From positions 70,990,001-71,054,000 of the forward strand of contig OZ260662.1 in the NCBI GenBank assembly GCA_965285935.1: a stretch of DNA of 64,000 nucleotides, read 5' to 3'. The notes under the pieces are model-generated. The model ran no database searches. It worked only from the letters and a program-made list of their open reading frames with translations, and had not been told where the DNA came from. The position numbers and the translations under genes were made by a program. Of the stretch, positions 30,001-45,000 are shown one piece after another. The stretch is from Ophelia neglecta (Eukaryota). The first letter of the stretch is position 1; each line of letters opens with the position of its first letter.

Positions 30001-33000
30001 AGGTATCCATGTTGTTGATCCCTCGGGCATAATGTATACTTCAAAAGTGTCGACATTTTCTGTCACAGGAACCAGCTGTCCAAGGCTTGGAGCCCCGGGG
30101 TAGCCATCACTAGTCAGGTCAACTACAATTTCCTTGTTTGGTTCATCAGCAGGTATGTTCAATGGATCGTTATCACCTGGTCTCACAGAGCCGGTGCTTC
30201 CGCTTGGCACACTAATATTTTCGTCGGGAAGTATTTGTGGATTATCCATGCCATCTTCAATCTGGCAAGGTCCTTCTGCCAGGTAGATATATTATATAAA
30301 ATTTATGTTTTGGGGTGATTTCGAGGTAAGACATTCACTGATACATTCTACCTAAATAAATAAACTGTCATGATTCTCGTTTGAGAAAATATGAGATTTT
30401 CCAAAAGTAGGTTACCTGTTGTTGTACCCGGGGCAGATGTTGTTCCTGGACTAGTGGTCGATACTACTGTTGTTGTTCCTAAGCAATTCGGAATGAATGT
30501 CAATCGAGAAACTTGTAATTATATAATGGATTATAAGTGTTCAATGTATCTAATGACAAAACAATTGCAGAGCTGATGATCAATCATTTTAAACTTGTTG
30601 GATCAGTAATTGTTCCAGAATGTATGATCTCATGTGTATATACATTTGTCCTTTTGGACCATCTTAATTTGAAATATTATTTGTGGATTGTCCATGCCAT
30701 CTTCAATCGTGCAAGGTCCTTCTGGTAGGCGGATAATCAATTATTGTATTTATGTACTTTTACAGAATTGCAGAAAGGGTCCGTGTTAGTTTGTCCTTTC
30801 TCAATTAGAAAACTGTTGTTATGTTGATTTTTGATGCCAATATGTTACATCTTGATAATTGATTACCTGTTGTTGTTTCTGGGGCGGTAGTGGTTCCTGG
30901 ACTTGTGGTCGATACAGCAGTTGTAGTTGCTGAACAACAATTGTTGTTAGTAAATAAACAGCATTTTGTTTATTGAAAGGTATGGTTGAATGAGTTATCT
31001 TTAACCATGCATGTAAAAACCTGCATGTAGATAGTTTACTCTCATGTCTAAAATTGGAATCATCGGCAATAGATTCACTATCTGACTATATTCTATGTAG
31101 GTATGTGCTGCGGTGTTTATTCGAGGATGTCTATGAGTTCAAGTTATTTTTAAATGCGATGCTATGACTTTTATGGTTATGAATGATGAATCATGTTTGT
31201 TTCATTACATTCGACATTGTGTTTGATGCATTTCCTACTGCAAACTGTTAAAATACTAGTATACAGTCAATGCGATAAACATTAGCAATACCAAAAGCGA
31301 ATATATTGCTTGAAACTACAAGGATGAGAAACATGTTGGTGAACTCGTGACAGCCTTTCTTCGAAGAAAAAGGTTATGATCAATCTTCGCATTGTCTTAT
31401 AGACAGAAATACACTACCTGGATGATAACAGGCAGTTAGTTCGAAGGTGATCAAAACAGGCAACGTTTCATCTAGAGGGTTGACGACAATTTTAATTTCT
31501 TCGGCAAAAGTTCCTTCGGGGAACTCAGGGGCCTCTCCAGGGCTAAATTGCTAAAAGTACATGTTTGCATATAGACTATTATATGCGAACCAGGTTTTAA
31601 ATCTTGATACAGGCGTTATCTTTCAAAATCAACGAAGCAGTATGTGTGAATGAAATGCGTTTTTAAATCTTACATCTGGTTCCCCATCGCCATCAAGATC
31701 TAGAGGTATCCATGTTGTTGATCCCTCGGGCATAATGTATACTTCAAAAGTGTCGACATTTTCTGTCACAGGAACCAGCTGTCCAAGGCTTGGAGCCCCG
31801 GGGTAGCCATCACTAGTCAGGTCAACTACAATTTCCTTGTTTGGTTCATCAGCAGGTATGTTCAATGGATCGTTATCACCTGGTCTCACAGAGCCGGTGC
31901 TTCCGCTTGGCACATTAATATTTTCGTCGGGAAGTATTTGTGGATTATCCATGCCATCTTCAATCTGGCAAGGTCCTTCTGCCAGGTGGATATATTATAT
32001 AAAATTTATGTTTCGGGGTGATTTCGAGGTAAGACATTCACTGATACATTCTACCTAAATAAATAAACTGTCATGATTCTTGTTTGATAAAATATGAGAT
32101 TTTCCAAAAGTAGGTTACCTGTTGTTGTACCCGGGGCAGATGTTGTTCCTGGACTAGTGGTCGATACTACTGTTGTAGTTCCTAAGCAATTCAGAATGAA
32201 TGTCAATCAAGAAACTTGTAATTATATAATGGATTATAAGTGTTCAATGTATATAATGACAAAACAATTGCAGAGCTGATGATCAATCATTTTAAACTTG
32301 TTGGATCAGTAATTGTTCCAGAATGTATGCTCTTTTGTGTATATACATTGGTTCCTTTGGACCATCTAAATTTGAAATATTATTTGTGGATTGTCCAAGC
32401 CATCTTCAATCGTGCAAGGTCCTTCTGGTAGGCGGATAATCAATTATTGTATTTATGTTCTTTTACAGAATTGCAGAAAGGGTCCGTGTTAGTTTGTCCT
32501 TTCTCAAGTTAGAAAACTGTTGTTATGTTGATTTTTGATGCCAATATGTTACATCTTGATAATTGATTACCTGTTGTTGTTTCTGGGGCGGTAGTGGTTC
32601 CTGGACTTGTGGTCGATACAGCAGTTGTAGTTGCTGAACAACAATTGTTGTTAGTAAATAAACAGCATTTTGTTTATTGAAAGGTATGGTTGAATGAGAA
32701 ATCTTTAAACATGCATGTAAAAACCTGCATGTAGATAGTTTACTCTCATGTCTAAAATTGGAATCATCGGCAATAGATTCTCTATCTGACTATATTCTAT
32801 GTAGGTGTGTGCTGCGGTGTTTATTCGAGGATGTCTATGAGTTCAAGTTATTTTTAAATGCGATGCTATGACTTTAATGGTTATGAATGATGAATCATGT
32901 TTGTTTCATTACATTCGACATTGTGTTTGATGCATTTCCGACCGCAAAACTGGTTAAATACTAGTATACAGTCAACGCGATAAACATTAACAATACCAAA

Positions 33001-36000
33001 AGCGAATATATTGCTTGAAACTACAAGGATGAGAAACATGTTGGTGAACTCGTGACAGCCTTTCTTCGAAGAAAAAGGTTATGATCAATTTTCGCATTGT
33101 CTTATAGACAGAAATACATTACCTGGATGATAACAGGCAGTTAGTTCGAAGGTGATCAAAACAGGCAACGTTTCATCTAGAGGGTTGACGACAATTTTAA
33201 TTTCTTCGGCAAAAGTTCCTTCGGGGAACTCAGGGGCCTCTCCAGGGCTAAATTGCTAAAAGTACATGTTTGCATATAGACTATTATACGCGATCCAGGT
33301 TTTAAATCTTGATACAGGCGTTATCTTTCAAATCAACGAAGCAGTATGTGTGAATGAAGTGCGTTTTTAAATCTTACATCTGGTTCCCCATCGCCATCAA
33401 GATCTAGAGGTATCCATGTTGTTGATCCCTCGGGCATAATGTATACTTCAAAAGTGTCGACATTTTCTGTCACAGGAACCAGCTGTCCAAGGCTAGGAGC
33501 CCCGGGGTAGCCATCACTAGTCAGGTCAACTACAATTTCCTTGTTTGGTTCATCAGCAGGTATGTTCAATGGATCGTTATCACCTGGTCTCACAGAGCCG
33601 GTGCTTCCGCTTGGCACATTAATATTTTCGTCGGGAAGTATTTGTGAATTATCCATGCCATCTTCAATCTGGCAAGGTCCTTCTGCCAGGTGGATATATT
33701 ATGTAAAATTTTATGTTTCGGGGTGATTTCGAGGTAAGACATTCACTGATACAATCTACCTAAATAAATAAACTGTCATTATTCTTGTTTGAGAAAATAT
33801 GAGATTTTCCAAGAGTAGGTTACCTGTTGTTGTACCCGGGGCAGTTGTTGTTCCTGGACTAGTGGTCGATACTGCTGTTGTAGTTCCTACGCAATTAAAA
33901 TGTCAATCGAGAAATTTGTAATTTTATAAGAGATAATAAGGTGTTCAACGTATTTAATGACAAAACATTTAAACTGTTTATTCTGTCCTCAGGATCTTTC
34001 ATTTTAAACCAATAGCATCAGGCATCTTTACCGAATGTTTGAATATTTTGCTTTATATATACACATTATTTGCCTGAGAACATGTAAATGTTATGCTCAA
34101 GGTAGACACGATTGTCTCCTTAGAATGATATTGCATATCAATATTTTCAACGGGAAATATTTGTGGATTGTCCATGCCATCTTTAATCGTATAATGTCCT
34201 TGTGGTAAGTAGATACATTAATAATTGTGTATATGTTCTTCCGGTATTGTAAAGTGGGGGTGATTGTGGGTGGGCAGGTGATGTATTAGTCTACCCTATC
34301 TCGAGTAAGTAAACAGATTTTATGTTGATGTTTAAATTAAAAGGTTCATATCCTGATAAATCATTACCTGTTGTTCCTTCTGGAGCAGTGGTTGTTCCTG
34401 GACTTGTGGTCGATACGGCAGTTGTGGTTCCTAGGACACATTTTTGTTAATTTATAGCCAGCTTTAATATGCTAGTATACAGTCAACGCGTTAAACATTA
34501 AGGATAACCATAGCGAATATATAGGTTGAAACTGTTATGATGAGACAAATGTTGGTGAACTCAGTGAAAGGCTTTCTTCTTTAAGAATGTTATGCTGAAC
34601 CTTTGCATTGTTTTATCGAGAAAAATACACTACCTGGATGATAACAGGCAGTTAGTTCGAAGGTGATCACAACTGGCAACGTTTCATCCAGAGGGTTGAC
34701 GACAATTTTAATTTGTTCGGCAATAGTTCCTTCGGGGAACTCAGGGGACTCTCCAGGACTGAATTGCTAAAAATATATGTTTGCACCTCGACTATTATAT
34801 GCGGTCAGGGTGTTTAATGTTGATACAGGCATTATCATTCAAATCAACAAAACTGTATTTGCGAAAGAATGCGTTTTCAAATCTTACATCTGGTTCCCCA
34901 TCGCCATCAAGATCTACAGGTATCCATGTTGTTGATCCCTCGGGCATAATGTATACTTCAAAAGTGTCGACATTTTCTGTCACAGGAACCAGCTGTCCAA
35001 GCTGTGGAGCCTCGGGGTAGCCATCACTAGTCAGGTCAACTACAATTTCCTTGATTGGTTCATCAGCAGGTATGTTCAATGGGTTGTTATCGCTTGGTCT
35101 GACAGAGCCGGTGCTTCCACTTGGCACATTAATATTTTCGTCGGGAATTATTTGTGGATTATCCATGCCATCTTCAATCTTGCAAGGTCCTTCTGCCAGG
35201 TAGATGATTAGATAGTATCTTATTTTTTCGACTGATTTAAAGTTGGAAATTCTTTCGTTCTTTTTATCAAATCCATTTTATATTTCAGGTTTGAGAAAAG
35301 TATGAGATTTGCAAAGGTAGGTTACCTGTTGTTGTTCCCGGGGCAGATGTTGTTCCTGGACTAGTCGTCGATCCTGCTGGTGTAGTTCCTAAGAAATTAA
35401 AATGTCAATCGAGAAACTTTCAATAATATAATGGATAATTATGTTTTCGACGTATTCAATGACAACGCATTTAAACAGCAAATTGTGAACTGATGATCAA
35501 TCAGTTTTTAACAAATAGCATCAGTCATCTTTACTGAATGTGTGATATTTTGCTGTATATACACATTATTCACTTGAGAAAATATTATATGATATGACGT
35601 TAATGTTATGCGCAAGGTTGACATGATTGTCTCCTTAGATTGATATTGCATATTAATATTTTCAACGGGAAATATTCGTGGATTGTCCATGCCATCTTTA
35701 ATCGTATAATGTCCTTGTGGTAAGTAGATACATTAATAATTGTGTATATGTTCTTCCGGTATTGTAGAGTGGGGGTGATTGTGGGTGGGCAGGGGGTGTA
35801 TTAGTCTACCCTATCTCGAGTAAGTAAACAGATTTTATGTTGTTTTTTAAATTAAAAGGTTCATATCCTGATAAATCATTACCTGTTGTTCCTTCTGGGG
35901 CAGTGGTTGTTCCTGGACTTGTGGTCGATACGGCAGTTGTGGTTCCTAGGACACATTTTTGTTAATTTATAGCCAGCTTTAAAATGCTAGTATACAGTCA

Positions 36001-39000
36001 ACGCGTTAGACATTAACGATAACCATAGCGAATATATAGATTGAAACTGTTATGATGAGAGAAATGTTGGTGAACTCCGTGAAAGGCTTTCTTCTTTAAG
36101 ATAGTTATGCTCAATCTTTGCATTGTTTTATCGACAAAAATACACTACCTGGATGATAACAGGCAGTTAGTTCGAAGGTGATCAAAACTGGCAACGTTTC
36201 ATCCAGAGGGTTGACGACAATTTTAATTTGTTCGGCAATAGTTCCTTCGGGGAACTCAGGGGACTCTCCAGGACTGAATTGCTAAAAATATATGTTTGCA
36301 CCTCGACTATTATATGCGGTCAGGGTGGTAAATGTTGATACAGGCATTATCATTCAAATCAACAAAACTGTATTTGCGAAGGAATGCGTTTTCAAATCTT
36401 ACATCTGGTTCCCCATCGCCATCCAGATCTACAGGTATCCATGTTGTTGATCCCTCGGGCATAATGTATACTTCAAAAGTGTCGACATTTTCTGTCACAG
36501 GAACCAGCTGTCCAAGGTTTGGAGCCTCGGGGTAGCCATCACTTGTCAGGTCAACTACAATTTCCTTGATTGGTTCATCAGCAGGTATGTTCAATGGGTT
36601 GTTATCGCTTGGTCTGACAGAGCCGGTGCTACCGGTTGGCACATTAATATTTTCGTCGGGAATTATTTGTGGATTATCCATGCCATCTTCAATCTTGCAA
36701 GGTCCTTCTGCCAGGTAGATGATTAAATAGTATCTTATTTTTTCGACTGATTTAAAGTTGGAAATTCATTCGTTCTTTTTATCAAATCCATTTTATATTT
36801 CTGGTTTGAGAAAAGTATGAGATGTGCAAAGGTAGGTTACCTGTTGTTGTTCCCGGGGCAGATGTTGTTCCTGGACTAGTCGTCGATCCTGCTGGTGTAG
36901 TTGCTAAGCAATTAAAATGTCAATCGAGAAACTTTCAATTATATAATGGATAATTATGTTTTCGACGTATTCAATGACAAAGCATGTAAACAGCAAATTG
37001 TAAACAGATGATCAATCATTTTTAAACCAATAGCATCAGTCATCTTTACTGAATGTGTGATATTTTGCTGTATATACACAATATTCACTTGAGAAAATAT
37101 TATATGATATGACGTTAATGTTATGCGCAAGGTTGACATGATTGTCTCCTAAGAATGATATTGCATATTAATATTTTCAACGGGAAATATTTATGGATTG
37201 TCCATGCCATCTTCAAACGTATAATGTCCTTGTGGTAAGTAGATACATTCATAATTGTGTACATGTGCTTCCGGTATTGTAGAGTTGGGGGTGATTGTGG
37301 GTGGGCAGGTGGTGTGTAAGTTTACCCTATCTCGAGTAAGTAAACAGATTTTATGTTGATGTTTAAATTAAAAGGTTCATATCCTGATAAATCATTACCT
37401 GTTGTTCCTTCTGGGGCAGTGGTTGTTCCTGGACTTGTGGTCGATACGGCAGCTGTGGTTCATAGGACACATTTGTGTTAATTTATAGCCAGCTTTAAAA
37501 TGCTAGTATACAGTTAATGCGTTAAATATTAAGATAACCATAGCGAATATATAGGTTGAAACTGTTATGATTAGACCAACAGGTAGTCTCCTAAGAATGA
37601 TATTGCATATTAATATTTTCAACGGGAAATATTTGTGGATTGTCCATGCCATCTTCAATCGTATAATGTCCTTGTTGTAAGTAGATACATTAATAATTGT
37701 GTATATGTTCTTCCGGTATTGTAGAGTGGGGGTGATTGTGGGTGGGCAGGGGGTGTATTAGTCTACCCTATCTCGAGTAAGTAAACAGATTTTATGTTTA
37801 TGTTTAAATTAAAAGGTTCATATCCTGATAAATCATTACCTGTTGTTCCTTCTGGGGCAGTGGTTGTTCCTGGACTTGTGGTCGATACGGCAGCTGTGGT
37901 TCCTAGGACACATTTGTGTTAATTTATAGCCAGCTTTAAAATGCTAGTATACAGTCAATGCGTTAAATATTAAGATAACCATAGCGAATATATAGGTTGA
38001 AACTGTTATGATTAGACCAACAGGTAGTCTCCTAAGAATGATATTGCATATTAATATTTTCAACGGGAAATATTTGTGGATTGTCCATGCCATCTTCAAT
38101 CGTATAATGTCCTTGTGGTAAGTAGATACATTAATAATTGTGTATATGTTCTTCCGGTATTGTAGAGTGGGGGTGATTGTGAGTGGGCAGGGGGTGTATT
38201 AGTCTTCCCTATCTCGAGTAAGTAAACAGATTTTATGTTGTTGTTTAAATTAAAAGGTTCATATCCTGATAAATCATTACCTGTTGTTCCTTCTGGGGCA
38301 GTGGTTGTTCCTGGACTTGTGGTCGATACGGCAGTTGTGGTTCCTAGGACACATTTTTGTTAATTTATAGCCAGCTTTAAAATGCTAGTATACAGTCAAC
38401 GCGTTAAACATTAATGATAACCATAGCGAATATATAGGTTGAAACTGTTATGATGAGACAAATGTTGGTGAACTCAGTGAAAGGCTTTCTTCTTTAAGAT
38501 TGTTATGCTCAATCTTTGCATTGTTTTATCGACAAAAATACACTACCTGGATGATAACAGGCAGTTAGTTCGAAGGTGATCAAAACTGGCAACGTTTCAT
38601 CCAGAGGGTTGACGACAATTTTAATTTGTTCGGCAATAGTTCCTTCGGGGAACTCAGGGGACTCTCCAGGACTGAATTGCTAAAAATATATGTTTGCACC
38701 TCGACTATTATATGCGGTCAGGGTGGTTAATGTTGATACAGGCATTATCATTCAAATCAACAAAACTGTATTTGCGAAGGAATGCGTTTTCAAATCTTAC
38801 ATCTGGTTCCCCATCGCCATCAAGATCTACAGGTATCCATGTTGTTGATCCCTCGGGCATAATGTATACTTCAAAAGTGTCGACATTTTCTGTCACAGGA
38901 ACCAGCTGTCCAAGGTTTGGAGCCTCGGGGTAGCCATCACTTGTCAGGTCAACTACAATTTCCTTGATTGGTTCATCAGCAGGTATGTTCAATGGGTTGT

Positions 39001-42000
39001 TATCGCTTGGTCTGACAGAGCCGGTGCTACCGCTTGGCACATTAATATTTTCGTCGGGAATTATTTGTGGATTATCCATGCCATCTTCAATCTTGCAAGG
39101 TCCTTCTGCCAGGTAGATGATTAAATAGTATCTTATTTTTTCGACTGATTTAAAGTTGGAAATTCATTCGTTCTTTTTATCAAATCCATTTTATATTTCT
39201 GGTTTGAGAAAAGTATGAGATTTGCAAATGTAGGTTACCTGTTGTTGTTCCCGGGGCAGATGTTGTTCCTGAACTAGTCGTCGATCCTGCTGGTGTAGTT
39301 GCTAAGCAATTAAAATGTCAATCGAGAAACTTTCAATTATATAATGGATAATTGTTTTCGACGTATTCAATGACAAAGCATGTAAACAGCAAATTGTAAA
39401 CAGATGATCATTCATTTTTAAACCAATAGCATCAGTCATCTTTACTGAATGTGTGATATTTTGCTGTATATACACAATATTCACTTGAGAAAATATTATA
39501 TGATATGACGTTAATGTTATGCGCAAGGTGGACATGATTGTCTCCTAAGAATGATATTGCATATTAATATTTTCAACGGGAAATATTTATGGATTGTCCA
39601 TGCCATCTTCAATCGTATAATGTCCTTGTAGTAAGTAGATACATTCATAATTGTGTACATGTTCTTCCGGTATTTTAGAGTTGGGGGTGATTGTGGGTGG
39701 GCAGGTGGTGTGTTAGTTTACCCTATCTCGAGTAAGTCAACAGATTTTATGTTGTTGTTTAAATTAAAAGGTTCATATCCTGATAAATCATTACCTGTTG
39801 TTCCTTCTGGGGCAGTGGTTGTTCCTGGACTTGTGGTCGATACGGCAGTTGTGGTTCCTAGGACACATTTTTGTTAATTAATAGCCAGCTTTAAAATGCT
39901 AGTATGCAGTAAACGTGTTAAACATTAACGATAACCATGGCGAATATATAGGTTGAAACTGTTATGATGAGACCAACAGGTAGTCTCCTAAGAATGATAT
40001 TGCATATTAATATTTTCAATGGGAAATATTTGTGGATTGTCCATGCCATCTTCAAACGTATAATGTCCTTGTGGTAAGTAAATACATTCATAATTGTGTA
40101 TATGTTCTTCCGGTATTGTAGAGTGGGGGTGATGGTGGGTGGTCAGGTGGTGTATAAGTCTACCCTATCTCGAGTAAGTAAACAGATTTTATGTTGTTGT
40201 TTAAATTAAAAGGTTCATATCCTGATAAATCATTACCTGTTGTTCCTTCTGGGGCAGTGGTTGTTCCTGGACTTGTGGTCGATATGGCAGTTGTGGTTCC
40301 TAGGACACATTTTTGTTAATTTATAGCCAGCTTTAAAATGCTAGTATACAGTCAACGCGTTAAACATTAAGGATAACCATAGCGAATATATAGGTGTAAC
40401 TGTTATGATGAGACAAATGTTAGTGAACTCAGTGAAAGGCTTTCTTCTTAAAGATAGTTATGCTCAATCTTTGCATTCTTTTATCGACAAAAATACAATA
40501 CCTGGATGATAACAGGCAGTTAGTTCGAAGGTGATCAAAACTGGCAACGTTTCATCCAGAGGGTTGACGACAATTTTAATTTGTTCGGCAATAGTTCCTT
40601 CGGGGAACTCAGGGGACTCTCCAGGACTGAATTGCTAAAAATATATGTTTGCACCTCGACTATTATATGCGGTCAGGGTGTTTAATGTTGATACAGGCAT
40701 TATCATTCAAATCAACAAAACTGTATTTGCGAAGGAATGCGTTTTCAAATCTTACATCTGGTTCCCCATCGCCATCAAGATCTACAGGTATCCATGTTGT
40801 TGATCCCTCGGGCATAATGTATACTTCAAAAGTGTCGACATTTTCTGTCACAGGAACCAGCTGTCCAAGGTTTGGAGCCTCGGGGTAGCCATCACTTGTC
40901 AGGTCAACTACAATTTCCTTGATTGGTTCATCAGCAGGTATGTTCAATGGGTTGTTATCGCTTGGTCTGACAGAGCCGGTGCTTCCGGTTGGCACATTAA
41001 TATTTTCGTCGGGAATTATTTGTGGATTATCCATGCCATCCTCAATCTTGCAAGGTCCTTCTGCCAGGTAGATGATTAAATAGTATCTTATTTTTTCGAC
41101 TGATTTAAAGTTGGAAATTCATTCGTTCTTTTTATCAAATCCATTTTATATTTCTGGTTTGAGAAAAGTATGAGATTTGCAAAGGTAGGTTACCTGTTGT
41201 TGTTCCCGGGGCAGATGTTGTTCCTGGACTAGTCGTCGATCCTGCTGGTGTAGTTGCTAAGCAATTAAAATGTCAATCGAGAAACTTTCAATTATATAAT
41301 GGATAATTATGTTTTCGACGTATTCAATGACAAAGCATGTAAACAGCAAATTGTGAACCGATGATCAATCATTTTTTAACCAATAGCATCAGTCATCTTT
41401 ACTGAATGTGTGATATTTGCTGTATATACACAATATTCACTTGATAAAATATTATATGATATGACGTTAATGTTATGCGCAAGGTGGACATGTTTGACTC
41501 CTAAGAATGATATTGCATATTAATATTTTCAACGAGAAATATTTATGGATTGTCCATGCCATCTTCAATCGTATAATGTCCTTGTGGTAAGTAGATACAT
41601 TCATAATTGTGTACATGTTCTTTCGGTATTTTAGAGTTGGGGGTGATTGTGGGTGGGCAGGTGGTGTGTTAGTTTATCCTATCTCGAGTAAGTAAACAGA
41701 TTTTATGTTGATGTTTAAATTAAAAGGTTCATATCCTGATAAATCATTACCTGTTGTTCCTTCTGGGGCAGTGGTTGTTCCTGGACTTGTGGTCGATACG
41801 GCAGTTGTGGTTCCTAGGACACATTTTTGTTAATTAATAGCCAGCTTTAAAATGCTAGTATGCAGTAAACGTGTTAAACATTAACGATAACCATGGCGAA
41901 TATATAGGTTGAAACTGTTATGATGAGACCAACAGGTAGTCTCCTAAGAATGATATTGCATATTAATATTTTCAATGGGAAATATTTGTGGATTGTCCAT

Positions 42001-45000
42001 GCCATCTTCAAACGTATAATGTCCTTGTGGTAAGTAAATACATTCATAATTGTGTATATGTTCTTCCGGTATTGTAGAGTGGGGGTGATGGTGGGTGGGC
42101 AGGTGGTGTATAAGTCTACCCTATCTCGAGTAAGTAAACAGATTTTATGTTGTTGTTTAAATTAAAAGGTTCATATCCTGATAAATCATTACCTGTTGTT
42201 CCTTCTGGGGCAGTGGTTGTTCCTGGACTTGTGGTCGATATGGCAGTTGTGGTTCCTAGGACACATTTTTGTTAATTTATAGCCAGCTTTAAAATGCTAG
42301 TATACAGTCAACGCGTTAAACATTAAGGATAACCATAGCGAATATATAGGTGTAACTGTTATGATGAGACAAATGTTAGTGAACTCAGTGAAAGGCTTTC
42401 TTCTTAAAGATAGTTATGCTCAATCTTTGCATTCTTTTATCGACAAAAATACAATACCTGGATGATAACAGGCAGTTAGTTCGAAGGTGATCAAAACTGG
42501 CAACGTTTCATCCAGAGGGTTGACGACAATTTTAATTTGTTCGGCAATAGTTCCTTCGGGGAACTCAGGGGACTCTCCAGGACTGAATTGCTAAAAATAT
42601 ATGTTTGCACCTCGACTATTATATGCGGTCAGGGTGTTTAATGTTGATACAGGCATTATCATTCAAATCAACAAAACTGTATTTGCGAAGGAATGCGTTT
42701 TCAAATCTTACATCTGGTTCCCCATCGCCATCAAGATCTACAGGTATCCATGTTGTTGATCCCTCGGGCATAATGTATACTTCAAAAGTGTCGACATTTT
42801 CTGTCACAGGAACCAGCTGTCCAAGGTTTGGAGCCTCGGGGTAGCCATCACTTGTCAGGTCAACTACAATTTCCTTGATTGGTTCATCAGCAGGTATGTT
42901 CAATGGGTTGTTATCGCTTGGTCTGACAGAGCCGGTGCTTCCGGTTGGCACATTAATATTTTCGTCGGGAATTATTTGTGGATTATCCATGCCATCCTCA
43001 ATCTTGCAAGGTCCTTCTGCCAGGTAGATGATTAAATAGTATCTTATTTTTTCGACTGATTTAAAGTTGGAAATTCATTCGTTCTTTTTATCAAATCCAT
43101 TTTATATTTCTGGTTTGAGAAAAGTATGAGATTTGCAAAGGTAGGTTACCTGTTGTTGTTCCCGGGGCAGATGTTGTTCCTGGACTAGTCGTCGATCCTG
43201 CTGGTGTAGTTGCTAAGCAATTAAAATGTCAATCGAGAAACTTTCAATTATATAATGGATAATTATGTTTTCGACGTATTCAATGACAAAGCATGTAAAC
43301 AGCAAATTGTGAACCGATGATCAATCATTTTTTAACCAATAGCATCAGTCATCTTTACTGAATGTGTGATATTTGCTGTATATACACAATATTCACTTGA
43401 TAAAATATTATATGATATGACGTTAATGTTATGCGCAAGGTGGACATGTTTGACTCCTAAGAATGATATTGCATATTAATATTTTCAACGAGAAATATTT
43501 ATGGATTGTCCATGCCATCTTCAATCGTATAATGTCCTTGTGGTAAGTAGATACATTCATAATTGTGTACATGTTCTTTCGGTATTTTAGAGTTGGGGGT
43601 GATTGTGGGTGGGCAGGTGGTGTGTTAGTTTATCCTATCTCGAGTAAGTAAACAGATTTTATGTTGATGTTTAAATTAAAAGGTTCATATCCTGATAAAT
43701 CATTACCTGTTGTTCCTTCTGGGGCAGTGGTTGTTCCTGGACTTGTGGTCGATACGGCAGTTGTGGTTCCTAGGACACATTTTTGTTAATCAATAGCCAG
43801 CTTTAAAATGCTAGTATACAGTCAACGCATTAAACATTAACGATAACCATAGCGAATATATAAGTTGAAACTGTCATGAAGAGACAAATGTTGGTGAACT
43901 CAGTGAAAGGCTTTCTTCTTTAAGAATGTTATGCTCAACATTTGCATTGTTTTATCGACAAAATACACTACCTGGATGATAACAGGCAGTTAGTTCGAAG
44001 GTGATCAAAACTGGCAACGTTTCATCCAGAGGGTTGACGACAATTTTAATTTGTTCGGCAATAGTTCCTTCGGGGAACTCAGGGGCCTCTCCAGGACTGA
44101 ATTGCTAAAAATATATGTTTGCACCTCGACTATTATATGCGGTCAGGGTGTTTAATGTTGATACAGGCATTATCATTCAAATCAACAAAACTGTATTTGC
44201 GAAGGAATGCGTTTTCAAATCTTACATCTGGTTCCCCATCGCCATCAAGATCTACAGGTATCCATGTTGTTGATCCCTCGGGCATAATGTATACTTCAAA
44301 AGTGTCGACATTTTCTGTCACAGGAACCAGCTGTCCAAGGTTTGGAGCCTCGGGGTAGCCATCACTTGTCAGGTCAACTACAATTTCCTTGATTGGTTCA
44401 TCAGCAGGTATGTTCAATGGGTTGTTATCGCTTGGTCTGACAGAGCCGGTGCTTCCGCTTGGCACATTAAAATTTTCGTCGGGAATTATTTGTGGATTAT
44501 CCATGCCATCTTCAATCTTGCAAGGTCCTTCTGCCATGTAGATGATTAAATAGAATCTTATTTTTTCGACTGATTTAAAGTTGGAAATTCATTCGTTCTT
44601 TTTATCAAATCCATTTTATATTTCTGGTTTGAGAAAAGTATGAGATTTGCAAAGGTAGGTTACCTGTTGTTGTTCCCGGGGCAGATGTTGTTCCTGGACT
44701 AGTCGTCGATCCTGCTGGTGTAGTTGCTAAGCAATTAAAATGTCAATCGAGAAACTTTCAATTATATAATGGAAAATTATGTTTTCGACGTATTCAATGA
44801 CAAAGCATTTAAACAGCAAATTGTGAACCGATGATCAATCATTTTTAAACCAATAGCATCAGTCATCTTTACTGAATGTGTGATATTTTGCTGTATATAC
44901 ACATTATTCACTTGAGTAAATATTAAATGATATGACGTTAATGTTATGCGCAAGGTTGACATGATTGTCTCCTAAGAATAATATTGCATATTAATATTTT

